From assembly GCF_001194135.2 (NCBI RefSeq), contig NC_069003.1, forward strand, positions 32,165,770-32,229,769: a stretch of 64,000 nucleotides of DNA, given 5' to 3'. The notes beneath the pieces were generated by a model that was not told the origin of the DNA, searched no databases, and was given only the letters and a program-made list of their open reading frames with translations. Below, piece by piece: positions 12,073-25,900 of this stretch (position 1 is the stretch's first letter; every line of letters starts with the position of its first letter). Both the position numbers and the translations under genes were made by a program. The DNA comes from Octopus bimaculoides. Its lineage: Eukaryota.

Positions 12073-13200
12073 CTGTGGGATTCTCAGACACAATCTCGAT
12101 ATTTTCTTTTTTTACTTTTATTTGAATTATTATTATTATTTTTTTTTAAATTTTATTTCACACTTCAGTGAAAGCTGTAGTGGGATTTCGGTTCTTCTTA
12201 CATGTGATAAAATAAAATTATATGTGATAAAATGAATATCAATGATTAGGCATGTCAGCAGTTTTTTGAGAATATAATTCTCATGATAAAATTTTATCTA
12301 ATTTCTTCTGTTTCATTATTATCATTATTATTACCATTTCTTTAGAGATTTTTTTTTACTTTATTTTATTGTTTTTTAAAATCCTACTATTGAAACCAGG
12401 TGAACTTTTGCTAAAATATCAGCTGTAAGTTTACTATAGTTGTTTGTTATTATCGATTTTTATCTGATAAATTTTAAGCATTCCAATCCTGCAGTTTGCT
12501 GGCACCAAACAATTTAAATATTTCAACTGCAAGTGTGAAGAATTCTTTGCTATTATTTACTGCTCTTGTACTATTTTTGCGTTTTTTTGTTTTAGTTTAT
12601 TTCAATTCTTAAACGGATAGGTAGTATATAGTTTTTCTTTGTCGAAATAGTTTTGCATACAATAAGGTAAGTAAATTATGTAATGTTTCTGTCAAGAGTA
12701 CAGTGATATATATATATATAACTATAAAACAGCTAAATGATCTGCAACGAGAAAGGAGAAGGAATTATAAAATAAATCATGTTTATCAAATAGATATTTT
12801 TATTGGATGTGTGTTGAGAATCAAAGATAAAAATTAAATACAAAAAGAAAAATATTTAGGCTATTATTATATAGTGAAGGAATATATTTGAGGGGAAGAC
12901 AAATAAATAGGACTTAAAGGTTAAGTGTGTTTATATATAACGTGTATTAGCTTAAATTATATACATTCACAGCTATCTTTTTCTGTTACTTGACTGCAGC
13001 CATCTGTCTTGAAGGATTTGGTTGAATGAATTGACCCCCAGTGTTTATTAATTTTTAAACACGGCATTTATTCTATCGGTATCTTTTTCTGAGCCAAACT
13101 GCAAAGCTACTAGAATATAAACAAACTAACACCAATTGTTAAGTGATGGCAGGGTGGGGGAACACAACACAACACACACACACACACACACACACACACA

Positions 13201-13521
13201 NNNNNNNNNNNNNNNNNNNNNNNNNNNNNNNNNNNNNNNNNNNNNNNNNNNNNNNNNNNNNNNNNNNNNNNNNNNNNNNNNNNNNNNNNNNNNNNNNNNN
13301 NNNNNNNNNNNNNNNNNNNNNNNNNNNNNNNNNNNNNNNNNNNNNNNNNNNNNNNNNNNNNNNNNNNNNNNNNNNNNNNNNNNNNNNNNNNNNNNNNNNN
13401 NNNNNNNNNNNNNNNNNNNNNNNNNNNNNNNNNNNNNNNNNNNNNNNNNNNNNNNNNNNNNNNNNNNNNNNNNNNNNNNNNNNNNNNNNNNNNNNNNNNN
13501 NNNNNNNNNNNNNNNNNNNNN
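13201..13521. other. Assembly gap
   Basis: N run. Other gaps: 15919-16271, 20620-20699, 33693-33792, 47362-47371, 47949-47966, 60617-60903, 61853-62462. Confidence 0.99.
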
Positions 13522-13713
13522 CGGGTGACACGTAAAAGCACCCACTACACTCTCTGAGTGGTTGGCGTTAGGAAGGGCATCCAGCTGTAGAAACTCTGCC
13601 AAATCAGACTGGAGCCTGGTGTTGCCATCCGGTTTCACCAGTCCTCAGTCAAATCGTCCAACCCATGCTAGCATGGAAAGCGGACGTTAAACGATGATGA
13701 TGATGATGATGAT
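13522..13713 (+). mobile_element. Young RTE-type tail / SINE copy
   Basis: CpG-intact, nearly identical to 17113-17298, ends in (GAT)n. Confidence 0.85.
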
Positions 13714-14274
13714 GACAGACAATGAGCTTTTTATAGTTTCTGTCTACCAAATATACTTACAAGGCTTTGGTCAGCTTAGGGTGTTGCACAGTAGCACTGA
13801 ACTGAAGACCACATGGTTGGGAAGCAAGCTTCTTAACCACACAGCCATTCCTTACAATTGGATAAAGACTTTATGTATTTATTGATACAGAAACTGTTGG
13901 CAGTTGATGATTTTTTTTTTCTTGTTAGGTATGTAATAAATATTTTGCAATGCATTATTGATGTTTGATTCTTCTGAGAAACACATCTATTATCTCTGAT
14001 TCCTACTTAGTAATTATTAGCCACTTGTCAAAAGAAAAATGTTTCCTGTATAGTCACCTATCGGGAATTTTGCGAAGTGGGAACAGGTAATTAAATCATC
14101 CCCTGGTATTTGACTGGGGTTAACTTAATTAGCCATTTCCAATTCCCCAATTCTCTGACCATGTGACTATGTAGGACTGTGTAGGAAACTTTTTAGTATC
14201 TGTTCCCCACCATCATTCTTTTTTGTCTTGGAACCTACTTGGCAACCTCACTGATGTTGGGTGTCTTGAAAAAA

Positions 14275-14445
14275 AGTACCCACTACACATTGTAAAGTAG
14301 TTGGTATTAGGAAGGGCATTCAGCTCCAGAAACCATGCTAAAGTTGATATGAAGCATGATGCAGACTCTGTGGCTCACCAATTCTTGTCAGACTGTCTAA
14401 CCTATGCTAGCATGGAAAACGGATGTTGTATAATGTTGATGATGG
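14275..14445 (+). mobile_element. Diverged RTE-type tail copy
   Basis: cccactacac..ttaggaagggcat..ctatgctagcatggaaaacgg..gatgatg. Confidence 0.7.
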
Positions 14446-14534
14446 GGGAATGAAAGACATAATTGACCTCAGCAGGATTTAAAACCTGAACATAAAGGCC
14501 TAGAAACTAAGCCAGATTAATAACATGAATAATA

Positions 14535-14750
14535 ATCATCATCATCATCATCATCATTTAACATCTGCTTTCCATGCTGGTATGGGTTGGACAGTTTGAC
14601 TGAAAACGGGTAAGCTGGGGAGCTGCACCAGGTTCGAATCTGATTTGGCAAGGTTTCTACAACTGCATGTCCTTTCTAGTGCCAACCACTCGAAGAGTGT
14701 AGTGGGTGCTTTTTATGTGCCACTGGTATGGGTGCCATTGACATGACAGT
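14535..14750 (-). mobile_element. RTE-type tail copy
   Basis: (ATC)n followed by ttaacatctgctttccatgctggtatgggttggacag..., the reverse of the family. Confidence 0.75.
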
Positions 14751-15610
14751 GGAAGACATTGACGTGGAGTGGTGATACCAACTGATGATAGAGGTGGGGG
14801 TGAAGAGAATAAATGCTTGCCTAAAAATGCACATGTTTGTTTGGGGTGAGTGAACTAGTGTGTATTTATGAAGTTATTCAATGAAGGATGTTTGTGATTC
14901 AATAAAGCCAAAAGGAATGCAAGATTTAGAATTTAAAAACAATTTTTTTTTATTTTCAAAATATTTTAAATGGATATAATTTCTGGGTGCTTTTAGTGGA
15001 GTGCACTCTGTTGCAAGCATTTGGGTCAAGTTTCCGTTTTCAATGCATTCCTTCCTCTTTCCCACCAGTCTTAGAAACTGTGTAATGGGTCGTGAGTGCT
15101 GCCTACCCTCTGTCTAAGCCTAAAAGGAAAAAAAAAAAAATGGAATCTACAAAGTATTACCAATCTTATATTTATTTTCAGTTGAAACACCCGAGTACCA
15201 AATTAATCTTATGTCATCATGTTTCTAATGAAATACACTTTGTATGTTTTTTTGTATCTAAACTGGCGCCACTACCAACACTTGATAGCCAGTGTTGGTT
15301 TGTTTACATTACTGTAAATTGGTGGTTGAGCAATAGACTGATAGAATAAGTAGCGGGCTCATGTTATCAAACTGATGGTTTATGTAAACCCTTTCATGAG
15401 CATATTTCTTATGAATTACACATGCATAATTAGCAGGATATCAGAAGAATAACTTCTTCAAATTATTAACCTAAGCTTGCTCAAAACATACCTTAATAGA
15501 AGAGACTTACATAACATTATGATGCAAAGTTAATTTTTATACACACACATACACATGCCTAATTTTGTCCCACCACCATTGCCTCTACTCAACAACCAAT
15601 GTTTGTTTAG

Positions 15611-15778
15611 ATAGGCACAGGAGTGGCTGTGTGGTAAGTAGCTTGCTTACCAACCACATGGTTCCGGGTTCAGTCCCACTGCGTGGCACCTTGGGCAAGT
15701 GTCTTCTACTATAGCCTCGGGCCGACCAAAGCCTTGTGAGTGGATTTGGTAGACGGAAACTGAAAGAAGCCCGTCGTA

Positions 15779-15819
<41 letters not shown>

Positions 15820-15918
15820 TGTGTATCTGTGTTTGTCGTCCCAACATCGGTTGACAACTGATGCTGGTGTTTTTAGGTCCCCGTAACTTAGCGGTTCGGC
15901 AAAAAGAGACCGATAGAA
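15611..15918 (+). mobile_element. Young composite tRNA-headed SINE (CORE-like segment)
   Basis: A box TGGCTGTGTGG, B box GGTTCAGTCCC, accttgggcaagtgtctt core, (TA)n linker, and a tail running into the gap. About 20 diverged copies occur in the window (e.g. 5905, 13720, 17320, 25495, 27300, 30090, 42050, 44885, 50905, 57060, 59077, 63770). Confidence 0.85.
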
Positions 15919-17112
15919 NNNNNNNNNNNNNNNNNNNNNNNNNNNNNNNNNNNNNNNNNNNNNNNNNNNNNNNNNNNNNNNNNNNNNNNNNNNNNNNNNN
16001 NNNNNNNNNNNNNNNNNNNNNNNNNNNNNNNNNNNNNNNNNNNNNNNNNNNNNNNNNNNNNNNNNNNNNNNNNNNNNNNNNNNNNNNNNNNNNNNNNNNN
16101 NNNNNNNNNNNNNNNNNNNNNNNNNNNNNNNNNNNNNNNNNNNNNNNNNNNNNNNNNNNNNNNNNNNNNNNNNNNNNNNNNNNNNNNNNNNNNNNNNNNN
16201 NNNNNNNNNNNNNNNNNNNNNNNNNNNNNNNNNNNNNNNNNNNNNNNNNNNNNNNNNNNNNNNNNNNNNNNACAAATCCTACAATCTAACAGATGCAACT
16301 AGAAAGAGAACACAAGAAACGAGTGTGTGAGTTATGTGAAGCCACTATTTCTTCCCCCTTTTTGCTTTTTAAGGTTCCTTAAATTAAGTTAAAATCATCT
16401 GTTACCTCTGGGGGTTTTTTTTCAAAGAATTCTTTGCATTCCAGAGAGAATAGGAAGACACTTTTGGTTCTGTTATATTTTTTTAAATATTTTTCATTAA
16501 CTCCTTTTTGTTTACCCTTCTTTTTCTTTTGCAAATGTTACATGGTTTTTAATTTTTTTTTTTTTTTTTTTGCAATACATTGGAAATTAACTACATGGTA
16601 GATTAGTCTTAGGAGAGGCCCACGTCATGTTTTGAAGGAATAAATTTATGATGATTTTTTATCTTTTATTTCTCTCTCTAATTCTTTGATAAATTAAAAT
16701 CAACATCATCATCATCATTTAATGTCCATTTTCCCATGCTTGCATAGTTCAGATAGAATTTGTTGAGGTAGATTTTCTATAGCCGGATGCTCTTCCTGTT
16801 GCAAACCCTCACTTGTTTCCAAGTAAGATAATATTTCTCCTGTACCTGTTTTTCAGTTACAAAATAAGCTACATAAAACGTGTTTTTGAATTACATGTAT
16901 TTACTTTATATACATATATGAGTTGAAAACTTTCTTTTCACATTTCACTTAACGCCTATGTTCCATGCTGGTATGGGTTGGAGAGTTATTAATGTAGAAA
17001 GTTGGTGCCACAGCTACTAGCAGTTGAGACCTGCATAATCTAGATAGCGTTTTTAAATTTCATTTTCTTATACCTGGCATTGCCTGGGTTAATCTGCTAG
17101 TATATATATGCA

Positions 17113-17298
17113 GGTGACACGTAAAAGCACCCACTACACTCTCTGAGTGGTTGGCGTTAGGAAGGGCATCCAGCTGTAGAAACTCTGCCAAATTACATTG
17201 GAGCCTGGTGTTGCCATCCGGTTTCACCAGTCCTCAGTCAAATCGTCCAACCCATGCTAGCATGGGAAGCGGACGTTAAACGATGATGATGATGATGA
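17113..17298 (+). mobile_element. Young RTE-type tail / SINE copy
   Basis: ggtgacacgtaaaagcacc..gcggacgttaaacgatgatgat, with CpGs retained. Confidence 0.85.
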
Positions 17299-18324
17299 TA
17301 TACACACACACACACACGATGGGCCTCTTTCAGTTCCTGTCTACCAAATCCACTTACAAGGCTTTGGTCAGCCTGAGGCTATAGTAGAAGACATTTGCTT
17401 ATGGTGCCATGCAGGACTGAACCCAGAACCATGCGGTTGGGAAGCAGGCTTCTTACCACACAGCTATGCTTGACACAAATAACATAGCAGCCCATTGGAT
17501 GGCTGTTCTAGTAATTCAAAGACACCACCTTGTTACACTAGCATCACACTAATTTGGTCTGAGAATTGCATTGAGGGTACATATGTCTGTGGAATACTCA
17601 GCCACATTGCTTGCCAATTCAAAGAATATATTGTCCAGTTGATCAAACAAAAATGGATGCTTGTAAATTGAAATGAAAATGGGAGCCTGTATATAGAGTC
17701 AGAGTTGTAAAAGCTTCTAATATTATTAGTAATAAAGCAGAAGAGAGCCATGTTCACTTGAAGAGACAACTACTTTTTAGCTATGAAGCATATCTATGGT
17801 TTGTTTGAGATTTAGTTTTGACAGTAGGCAAACTACTGTTGAAATAACACCATAAATCATGCAATATAAGATAGGCATAGCAGGCTTTCTCAGCTGGAAG
17901 AAAAGTAGATGTATCTATGAATTTATAAGAAGAATGAAACGTAAAGCCAGTGAATTGGATGAGCAGCTAGAAATAGCAGTCAAAACTCACTGAAATCATA
18001 CACAGCCAACTTAAAAAAACAAAAACAAAGGGTCTTATCAAATTATATAACATGCAATGCTAGAAAATAAGATGGAATGGTAAAAGTCGAAACACACCAT
18101 AGATCATAGGTTTGCTGAATCAGGTGTGACTTGGGGCTAAAGAATAACAGTCAAGAAGAGGAGTTAAGCCAACAAAGGAGCTGCAATGTGGTTGCTCAAT
18201 CTGCTAGAAATAACAGCCAAACCCGCTCAAATTTGACCCTTATTATTTAATTCTCTTCTTCCTAGTTGGGAAATAAAGCTTTGAAATTTTGACCTTATTC
18301 TGACTGCTATTTAGCAACTCTTTA

Positions 18325-18585
18325 TGAAGTGTTGCTCCATAAAAGACATTTCTCTCTGCTCACCTTCTACTATTCTGCATCAGGTGTTCTTTGATCAGCC
18401 AGGATTTGGTTTAACATGTAGTTTCCATCTTAATGCTTCTTTGGGTCTCCTGTCTGATTTCATTCCGAGTGTTTGGCCTAGCTATTTGAGTTGTCAGCCC
18501 TTTTCAAACATCACTCTAATGTGGCTAGTTTTGCCATACAACTTATTTGAGACATTGTTCGACCAGAAAAAAACAGCACAGTTTC
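18325..18585 (-). mobile_element. Decayed RTE-clade LINE ORF2 C-terminal fragment
   Basis: Minus frame with stops, LK*LGQTLGMKSDRRPKEALRWKLHVKPNPG*SKNT*CRIVE, resembles the RTE motif WxGHxLR..AL.W.P.G.R.RGRP..TW. Confidence 0.55.
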
Positions 18586-19954
18586 CTTAGGCACCTATGC
18601 CCTACCATCTTAAAATGCTGCAAATTAAAATGGGGATGGTCACGGCTGCTATGACTTTGATTATAGATCAAGTTGTGAATGTCTGAACTAGGGCTAAAAG
18701 AACAACCACCACCACCACCAGTACCAGGCCATGGACTAATACCATGCCATGGATCTGTACTAGGTCATGGATCATTTGATACTGAGCCACACTTAATTGT
18801 TTTGTTATGTAGGTGATCCTCCAGACCATGGAAAAATTGTCTTGCATGAAACCAGTCTGTGGTTCAAAAATGGTTTGGGATGATAGGTTTAACTCATTTG
18901 TGTTTGTGTGTACTAAAGTGTTCATACTTTAATTAAAATCTCAATGAAAATCTCATAATATGAATGTGAGATTTCACTCTGCACCAACATATAACAATAT
19001 ATAAAGTTACAAAATCTTGATAATAACGAAAATTTAATTGAAACACGTAAGTAATTTACTTATTAGATATATAGTTACCAAAGGGTTAACTTAAATATAT
19101 GATTCTGCTGTTGCAAACAAAGGATAGTTGCACAGGGATACATATATAAAACGTGATAGCATGTAGTGAAAGATCAGTTAATGGAAAGTATTTCAATACA
19201 TTTGTGTGTGTCTCTGAGGGGTGGTGGTGCTAAAATCAATAGAAGGAGCAGTGCTAAGCAAAAATATGTGGGATTATTTTAATTAGTTGCCTGGGTTTCT
19301 GACAGCTGATAAGACTATTTCATAAGTGTTAAATGCAGCAGTCAATAACTTATATGTATTTTAGATAAGCTCAGAAAAAAATATTGTAGTAAAATTAAAA
19401 TAGAAAAACATTTAAAAAACACAAAAATAAGGTTAATGTAATTGCTAAGAGTGATCAAGTAATCCTAGAAGAAATACAATTACTGTACTTTGCAAAAGTG
19501 TTTGTATGTGTTTCTTGTCTTCTACTACAATTTCATTCACACACACCGGATGCTTCATAAGAATTATTAATTTTACCCCAATACTTGAGTGGTACTTTAT
19601 TTTATTAGGTATGTGGCCTAGTGGTTAGGGTGTTGATCACAAGATTGGGGGTTTGATTTTCCGACCAGGTGATGTGTTGTGTTGTGTTCTTGAGCAATCA
19701 CATCATCTGATATGCAGTACACTGTACACCAGCAAAAGTGATGTCGATTTGATGGTGGGAATGAGCTTATGTACAGCACAAACATTCGATCACTAAATGA
19801 TTCACCTGTACAGCAAAAAACTGTGGAATCATCTTTATTGGACACGGTGGACTACCAACAAGCTTTATTAGAATGATGACAGATGCTGTTTCCATCAGCA
19901 GCATTTGTACACGTGCACGTGAAAGTGTCGACTTTAGTATTTGGATTTTTCATT

Positions 19955-20500
19955 TTGATGCTGTCATCGTCATCATTTTCATGTTTGTTCCTCCAAGCTT
20001 GGAGGGTCTTCTCTTACCTCTTCACCTCTTGTCCTTTATCACGGGCCTTCGTTATTTTCTTTGTGAGATTCAATTTCTTGAGAGCAGCCTTCACCACTTC
20101 CTCCCAAATCTTCCATATTCTGCTTCTTCTGCTGATTCTTTCCACTTGGATCTCTTGACACTTCTTTATCCCACTGTCGTCCTCCTCCGTACACATCACA
20201 TGACTGTCCCAGTACAGTCTTCTGTCTTGCACACTGCTCCTGATTTCACTGATAGCCCTGTTTTTCTTTCATCTCATTTGTGCTCCATCATTTATGTACA
20301 GAACATTATAGATCCTAGTGGAGCATAATTGCATCATTTCTTTCCAGCCTTCCCAGACCCACCACCACCACCACCATCATATTCAGTGCCTACCTCTCTG
20401 CTTTGTAGCTGCCCTTCACTGAAAGAGAAAAATCTCTGTTGTCAGCAGAGCTATCAGATCTCTAAACTTTTTCCATCTCATTCTTTCTCCAGTTACTCTA
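19955..20500 (-). mobile_element. RTE (BovB-like) LINE 3' fragment, pseudogenised ORF2
   Basis: WKKFRDL..RLERNDAIML..SVQDRRLYWDSHVMCTEEDDSGIKKCQEIQVERISRRSRIWKIWEEVVK matches the RTE ORF2 C-terminus (RRLRWFGHVMR..GRGRP.KTW.EVV) and ends in an ATG-type tail. Confidence 0.8.
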
Positions 20501-21023
20501 CTCTTCCAAGAAGCCTCTCCATTTCTAATTAGATCACCTAGGTAACAAACTATCAACTATTTTACTTTTTCTGAGTCACTAATATAAATAAAAAGCCATT
20601 ATATATATATATATATATANNNNNNNNNNNNNNNNNNNNNNNNNNNNNNNNNNNNNNNNNNNNNNNNNNNNNNNNNNNNNNNNNNNNNNNNNNNNNNNNA
20701 TATATATAAGTTTGATTACATTTTTGTTCTTGACTTCAATATTTTTAATTACATTTTAAGCAATAAATGTAATCACATTTTCTCATATCTACAAAAAAAA
20801 AAAAAAAAAAAAGAAGAAATCTTTAATATGGCCTTATTAGTTCACACCTAATTCAGTGCAACCTTTACATGTAAAAGAAGTTCCCCACCCCAGATCTGAA
20901 GATTGGCCTTTATCTTTACAAAACATTTCGATTGATCCATGCAATTTATTATTTGCAAAATGGCTACGCAGTTAAACCCAACATTTTCTCTAACTTAGCA
21001 ATACAGATGTTCTTGTTGTTTAA

Positions 21024-21244
21024 ACCTTTAGCATTTCAGATTACTTTGTCAAATATAATGCTTATTTATTCACATTGGTTTGAATTAATCATGCATTATT
21101 TCATCATTTTAAGATTTCAGTGATATGATTGTTTACTTTCACAATGATGTTGTAGGGTAGTTATGGGACACCAGATATGGTGAGTGTGAAAATAAAGCAG
21201 GTAGAGTATCTTGGCTAGATATGGCTAGTTGGAATGCATTAGGG
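21024..21244. mobile_element. piggyBac-like MITE
   Basis: TTAA-acctttagcatt..aatgcattaggg-TTAA; same family as 35117-35333. Confidence 0.75.
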
Positions 21245-21898
21245 TTAAGCTAGCTCCAATAAAGTAGACTTCAGGTTAAAAGTGTTCCAACCTGACCAGT
21301 CCATATTTTATTCAGATATAATATATCTGGGACCTTCCTGTTGTTGTTTTTGTTATTTACCTCGTATCATCTCTGGTTGAACAAATTTACAGCTGTAGGT
21401 ATTCCAGGCATAACCATCCTCTTTTTTTTTTTATCGAATGATAGTATATCTAAGGGTTAAAAAGACTGGATGATCAGCAAAAATGCCTCCCTTCATAGAT
21501 TTGCTTGACCAGGGTTGATCTGATGCCTAACAACAACCACCACTTCACAACAACAACAACAATATAACATGTTGGAATAGTAGTGAGAATAGTGGACTAT
21601 TAGAATTAGTGGAGTGATGGGCAAAATATCTTGTAGAATTTACTGGAATATTTTGGTGTTCTGAGTTCAAATCCAGCTGAAATCAACTTTGCCTTTGATT
21701 TTTCAGAGGTCAGTAGAGTATGTACAAGTATTCAGAGTTGATATAATTGAATATACACATACCACGGAATATTAGGGTGTGCCCCTATGTTATGAATCAT
21801 TATAAAAGTAGTAGTTAGTGATGAATAAAATACATACTATATACAATGTATATAAAATAATTATATGTGTATATGCATAATTATCAAATACATCATTA

Positions 21899-21938
<40 letters not shown>

Positions 21939-22769
21939 CATATATTACATTTTACAAGGTGGAGTAGGAGTGATAATCATGAAATGTTATATTCTCTTTT
22001 ATTCTATGATAGTTTTGAAAAACAAAATTTAGTTTTGAAAACTAGAAAATAAAAACAACAAATAGTTAGTAAATTGTTACCTATATTTTTCACAAAATAT
22101 TGTCTTTATTGAACTGCAAGTATATTTACCTGTATCATTTTATTTTGATATCCAGTATATGTTAGCACTGTGTAATCAAAAGATAATTTAAAATGTAAAA
22201 AAAAAATCTTATTTTAATAAGATATGAATAAGTACTTACGGCATATATAATTTTCTTTTTAATATTCTATCATATTTTATTGTGGTGTTTCTTCATGCTA
22301 CACACTTGAGTTCTAGTTCCACCCATTCATGTTCATATTTTATTTTTAATGAAATACATAGTCTACTAAATGTTTCAGTTAATTTTTGAAAATAATCGAG
22401 AATTTTGTGGTGGGATTTAGTAAGATAACTTTTAGGCATCATTTAGCTGTTGCTTGAACATTGCACATAAAAGATTCCTAAAATTATGATGGAAGGTTAT
22501 TTTTTAATAATCACATTTTGAACACTATTATTATTGTTGTTTAGTCCTAATTGAGCAAATCTGTAATGATCAAACCTATAAGCACGTCTATTTCAGTTGT
22601 AACCATTCTATCAAAGTGTCTCCATGTTTGGCTCAAAACAGATTTGTAACAATTACTAGAATTGCAAAACTCAAACAAGGTCTACAATAGAGTATTGCTC
22701 CCATATCTAGGATGTTCCTGCTGTTTAGACACAAACACCTTAGGTAACATCCTTAGTAAAGCTACTTGA

Positions 22770-22965
22770 TTGCTGAGGTCACTCGTACACACTCCACCTT
22801 CTTTCCTCGTAGCATTTTCTACCATTTCTATAATGGTCTCTGCGCTTCAGAGTTGGTTGATCTCGTACTACCTCCATTCTAGTACTCTTGGTTAACTCCC
22901 TCTCTCTCCTCCTCTTATCACCCATATTGTGTCACTCCATTCAGGAGTAGCACAACACTCGGCTT
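22770..22965 (+). mobile_element. Decayed CR1/Jockey-group LINE 3' fragment
   Basis: Frame SIFYHFYNGLCASELVDLVLPP resembles the LFYRY..G.CS.EL..L.PP C-terminal motif of these LINEs. Confidence 0.55.
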
Positions 22966-25900
22966 CCTCCCCACCTCAAACACACACACACACACACACA
23001 CACCTTTTGGAACTTCTTTCCTGTTCTTGTAACAGTTTAAACTTTTTGATACCAATTTGCTTCCTGGTTCGTCGAAACAAACTTTGTGTTTTAAAGAGAT
23101 GTAAATTAAAATCTTCCATTAAAATGTCTTGTTAATTATGTTTCAAACACCAGTTTAAAAATGACAGATCTTAAAAATTAATTGAAATAAAGGCAGTGCA
23201 TGTCAACAGAAATATGATACTAAAAGGCTTAGGCAGAACATTAACAACAGTCTTGCTGCTCTTGAAGAGCCTGAAAAGGCCATAGGGCTGCTCCTTTCTG
23301 AAGTAAATCTGAAAATGAAAGTTGAGGTGCTCTCAAGTGGGTTGGTACTAAAATGATGAGAGGTCTAACTTTCTAAAGTTCTTGAATTGATCAGTATGCA
23401 AACCACTAAATTGGGTGATGTAGTAATGTATTTCTTAATTACAATTATAGTATTTTTCAGCTTTACTCAACTATTAATTAACATTTATTGAACAAACCAG
23501 AATCTGGTGTTGATCTTGAATTTTATATTTCACATATACACTTAACAAAGAATTGAAGCTAGAAATGAATTGGAATGTAGGTTTATGATTTTAATGCTAA
23601 GTAAAAGTACAATATAAGATTTATTATTGTAGGTGTTTGCAATTAACCTTTCAAAGTTTACTTTAAATTCAATAGGTTCTAGCGACTTTTCTATTGAATA
23701 ATTCTTTGTTTATGATAAGTTCTCCTACTTATATTTTCTGAATGGCTTATTGTCTATTGGTTTTTATAACCAAACTTCCCTAAGAGGTGTCTTGGCTCCC
23801 TCCCAATTATTTCATTGCTTTTATTTAAGCTAAGTTTCCGTTTATTTGTAAGACCTAAAGTTTTGAGAGATTCAGTAAAACTGAAGTTCTGTTGTGACTT
23901 TTCTTTTTGTCTGATATTATTTGTATAATGCTGTTTATAATTTGAAATCAATCAGCTTTTAGATTCAGATAAATGGAGCGAATAATTGTTTTAACGATTA
24001 CTATTGATCATAAATCATTTCTCATGTTTATACCTGAACTTTTAGTATTTAACTCAAAATAAATTCTATTGTGTGCTTTTCTCTTGAATACCTACTCTCT
24101 GTTGATGACAAGTGCTGAGTAAAATCTCATCAGAACCTCCTTGAAATAAACTTTAGTAGAAAGGGATAACTTTTAAGATTGTTTATATTATATCTGAATT
24201 GTGCCAAACAGTCATTCTGTTTAAGAATATTGAAGAACTCTGGTGATATGTCTTTCAATGTTTTGGTTAAAAGAAAAACAAGACCAAAAGGGTGTGTGTG
24301 TATGTGTGTTTTGGTGGTGGGGAATAGTTTTATTCCAATAAATGGTGAGAGGCAATACTGCAAACAACTCAGGCACACAAATCTTGTACGATAAAAACAA
24401 CAAGTAAATAAAAGAGGTGATGTATGTGGAAAGTTTGCTCATTACTTTACATGAGATAATTGGATTAAAATGTTGTTTGTTTAGTAAGGTATAATAGTGT
24501 GAAAGTACACAGACTGAAGATGGTGAAGGGGAGAAAAATTATATCATCTAGTTTAGATACATTGTAGGCTTTTAGCTGATAACCTCTCAAGCTAAGAACA
24601 CTTCCATTTATTGAATATATTGTCTTAGCAACTTATCAATTTGAACATTGCAACAAAAACAATAACAGAAGAAAGAAAATTCTCAACTGAAGATGAATTT
24701 CTCTTTGGTAGATTATTTATTTGGTCTTTTATTTTCATTCTAATATATCTTTTTCATCTGCTCTTTTTAGCAGTTACTATGGTAAACTGTTCATTTTTCT
24801 ATAACTTTCTATTCTAATACTAACAGGAAATCTTGTTATGTCTTTTAACATCTTTATATTTGTTTTAAGTTTTTTTCTTTAAAATGGCTTACTACCTTGT
24901 GTAATACTGTGTATAATGGTAAAACATACTCATACACAATGAGTATTCAGTTGTTTATCAACTGAGCAATCTGCTCATCAAACTTTGTTGTGTAAGTGAC
25001 TGAGTATTCTACAGACACATACATACTCTCAATCCAATTCTCAAGCAATACCAACATGACACAATGTGTGATATGGCTAACTGGATCTTTTCAATTATAA
25101 AAACAGTCTACCCAATGAGCTACTGCACAGTTTCTATTTACTCAATTTCACTCACAAGGTTAGGGTCGACTCAAGACTATGGTAAATGCCACTTGCTCAA
25201 GATGACAAGCAGTGGAATCAAGCTAGGAGGCTTGTGATCTTGAAGCTCCAGTGAAAGAAATTTAAGTTTAGAAAAATTGGCTTTCATTCTGTCAATTGTA
25301 TTGCTTGTTTTTGTGATGCTGCTATTTTAAATCATAAATAGTATTGTTGCTTTGGACACAAAATGGACACGCAAAGGGTAGACTATAAAATACAAAAAAA
25401 AACAAAAAAACTGAGTATGATTTGTTTTTTATTTTTAGAAGGTGGAAAAATCACTTAAATGTGGACTTATTTAGTCATATACATACACATGCTTATGACA
25501 GGCTTCTTCACAGTTTCTGTCGACTAAATCCACTCACAAAGTACTGGTCAGCCTGGGACTGTAGTAGAAGACGTTTGCCCAAGAGGCTACACATTGGAAC
25601 TGAATTCAAAAACCATGTGATTGCAAAATGTGCTTCTGAGCCACACAGCTGTGTCTGTGCCTGTACACATATCATATTTACTCATGAATAGTGTAGAAAT
25701 ACACTTTGAAAAACATCAGGGTCAAACTTAGGGAGTGGCGGTATGTGAATGTGCTAAAAAAAAAGAAAAAAGGTGGAGGGAAGAGGATAAAAATATACAA
25801 ATTTCTTGGTCTAAAATGCAGAGGTTGCATTATATTTGAGATCACGTTGTATTGGAAGTAAATACAGTTGTTATTTATATATTTTTGTGAAACTTCATTA

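Noticed and set aside
15611-15700. tRNA gene-like A/B boxes here and in many other copies
   Set aside because: No cloverleaf; they continue into SINE bodies, so they are SINE heads and not tRNA genes.
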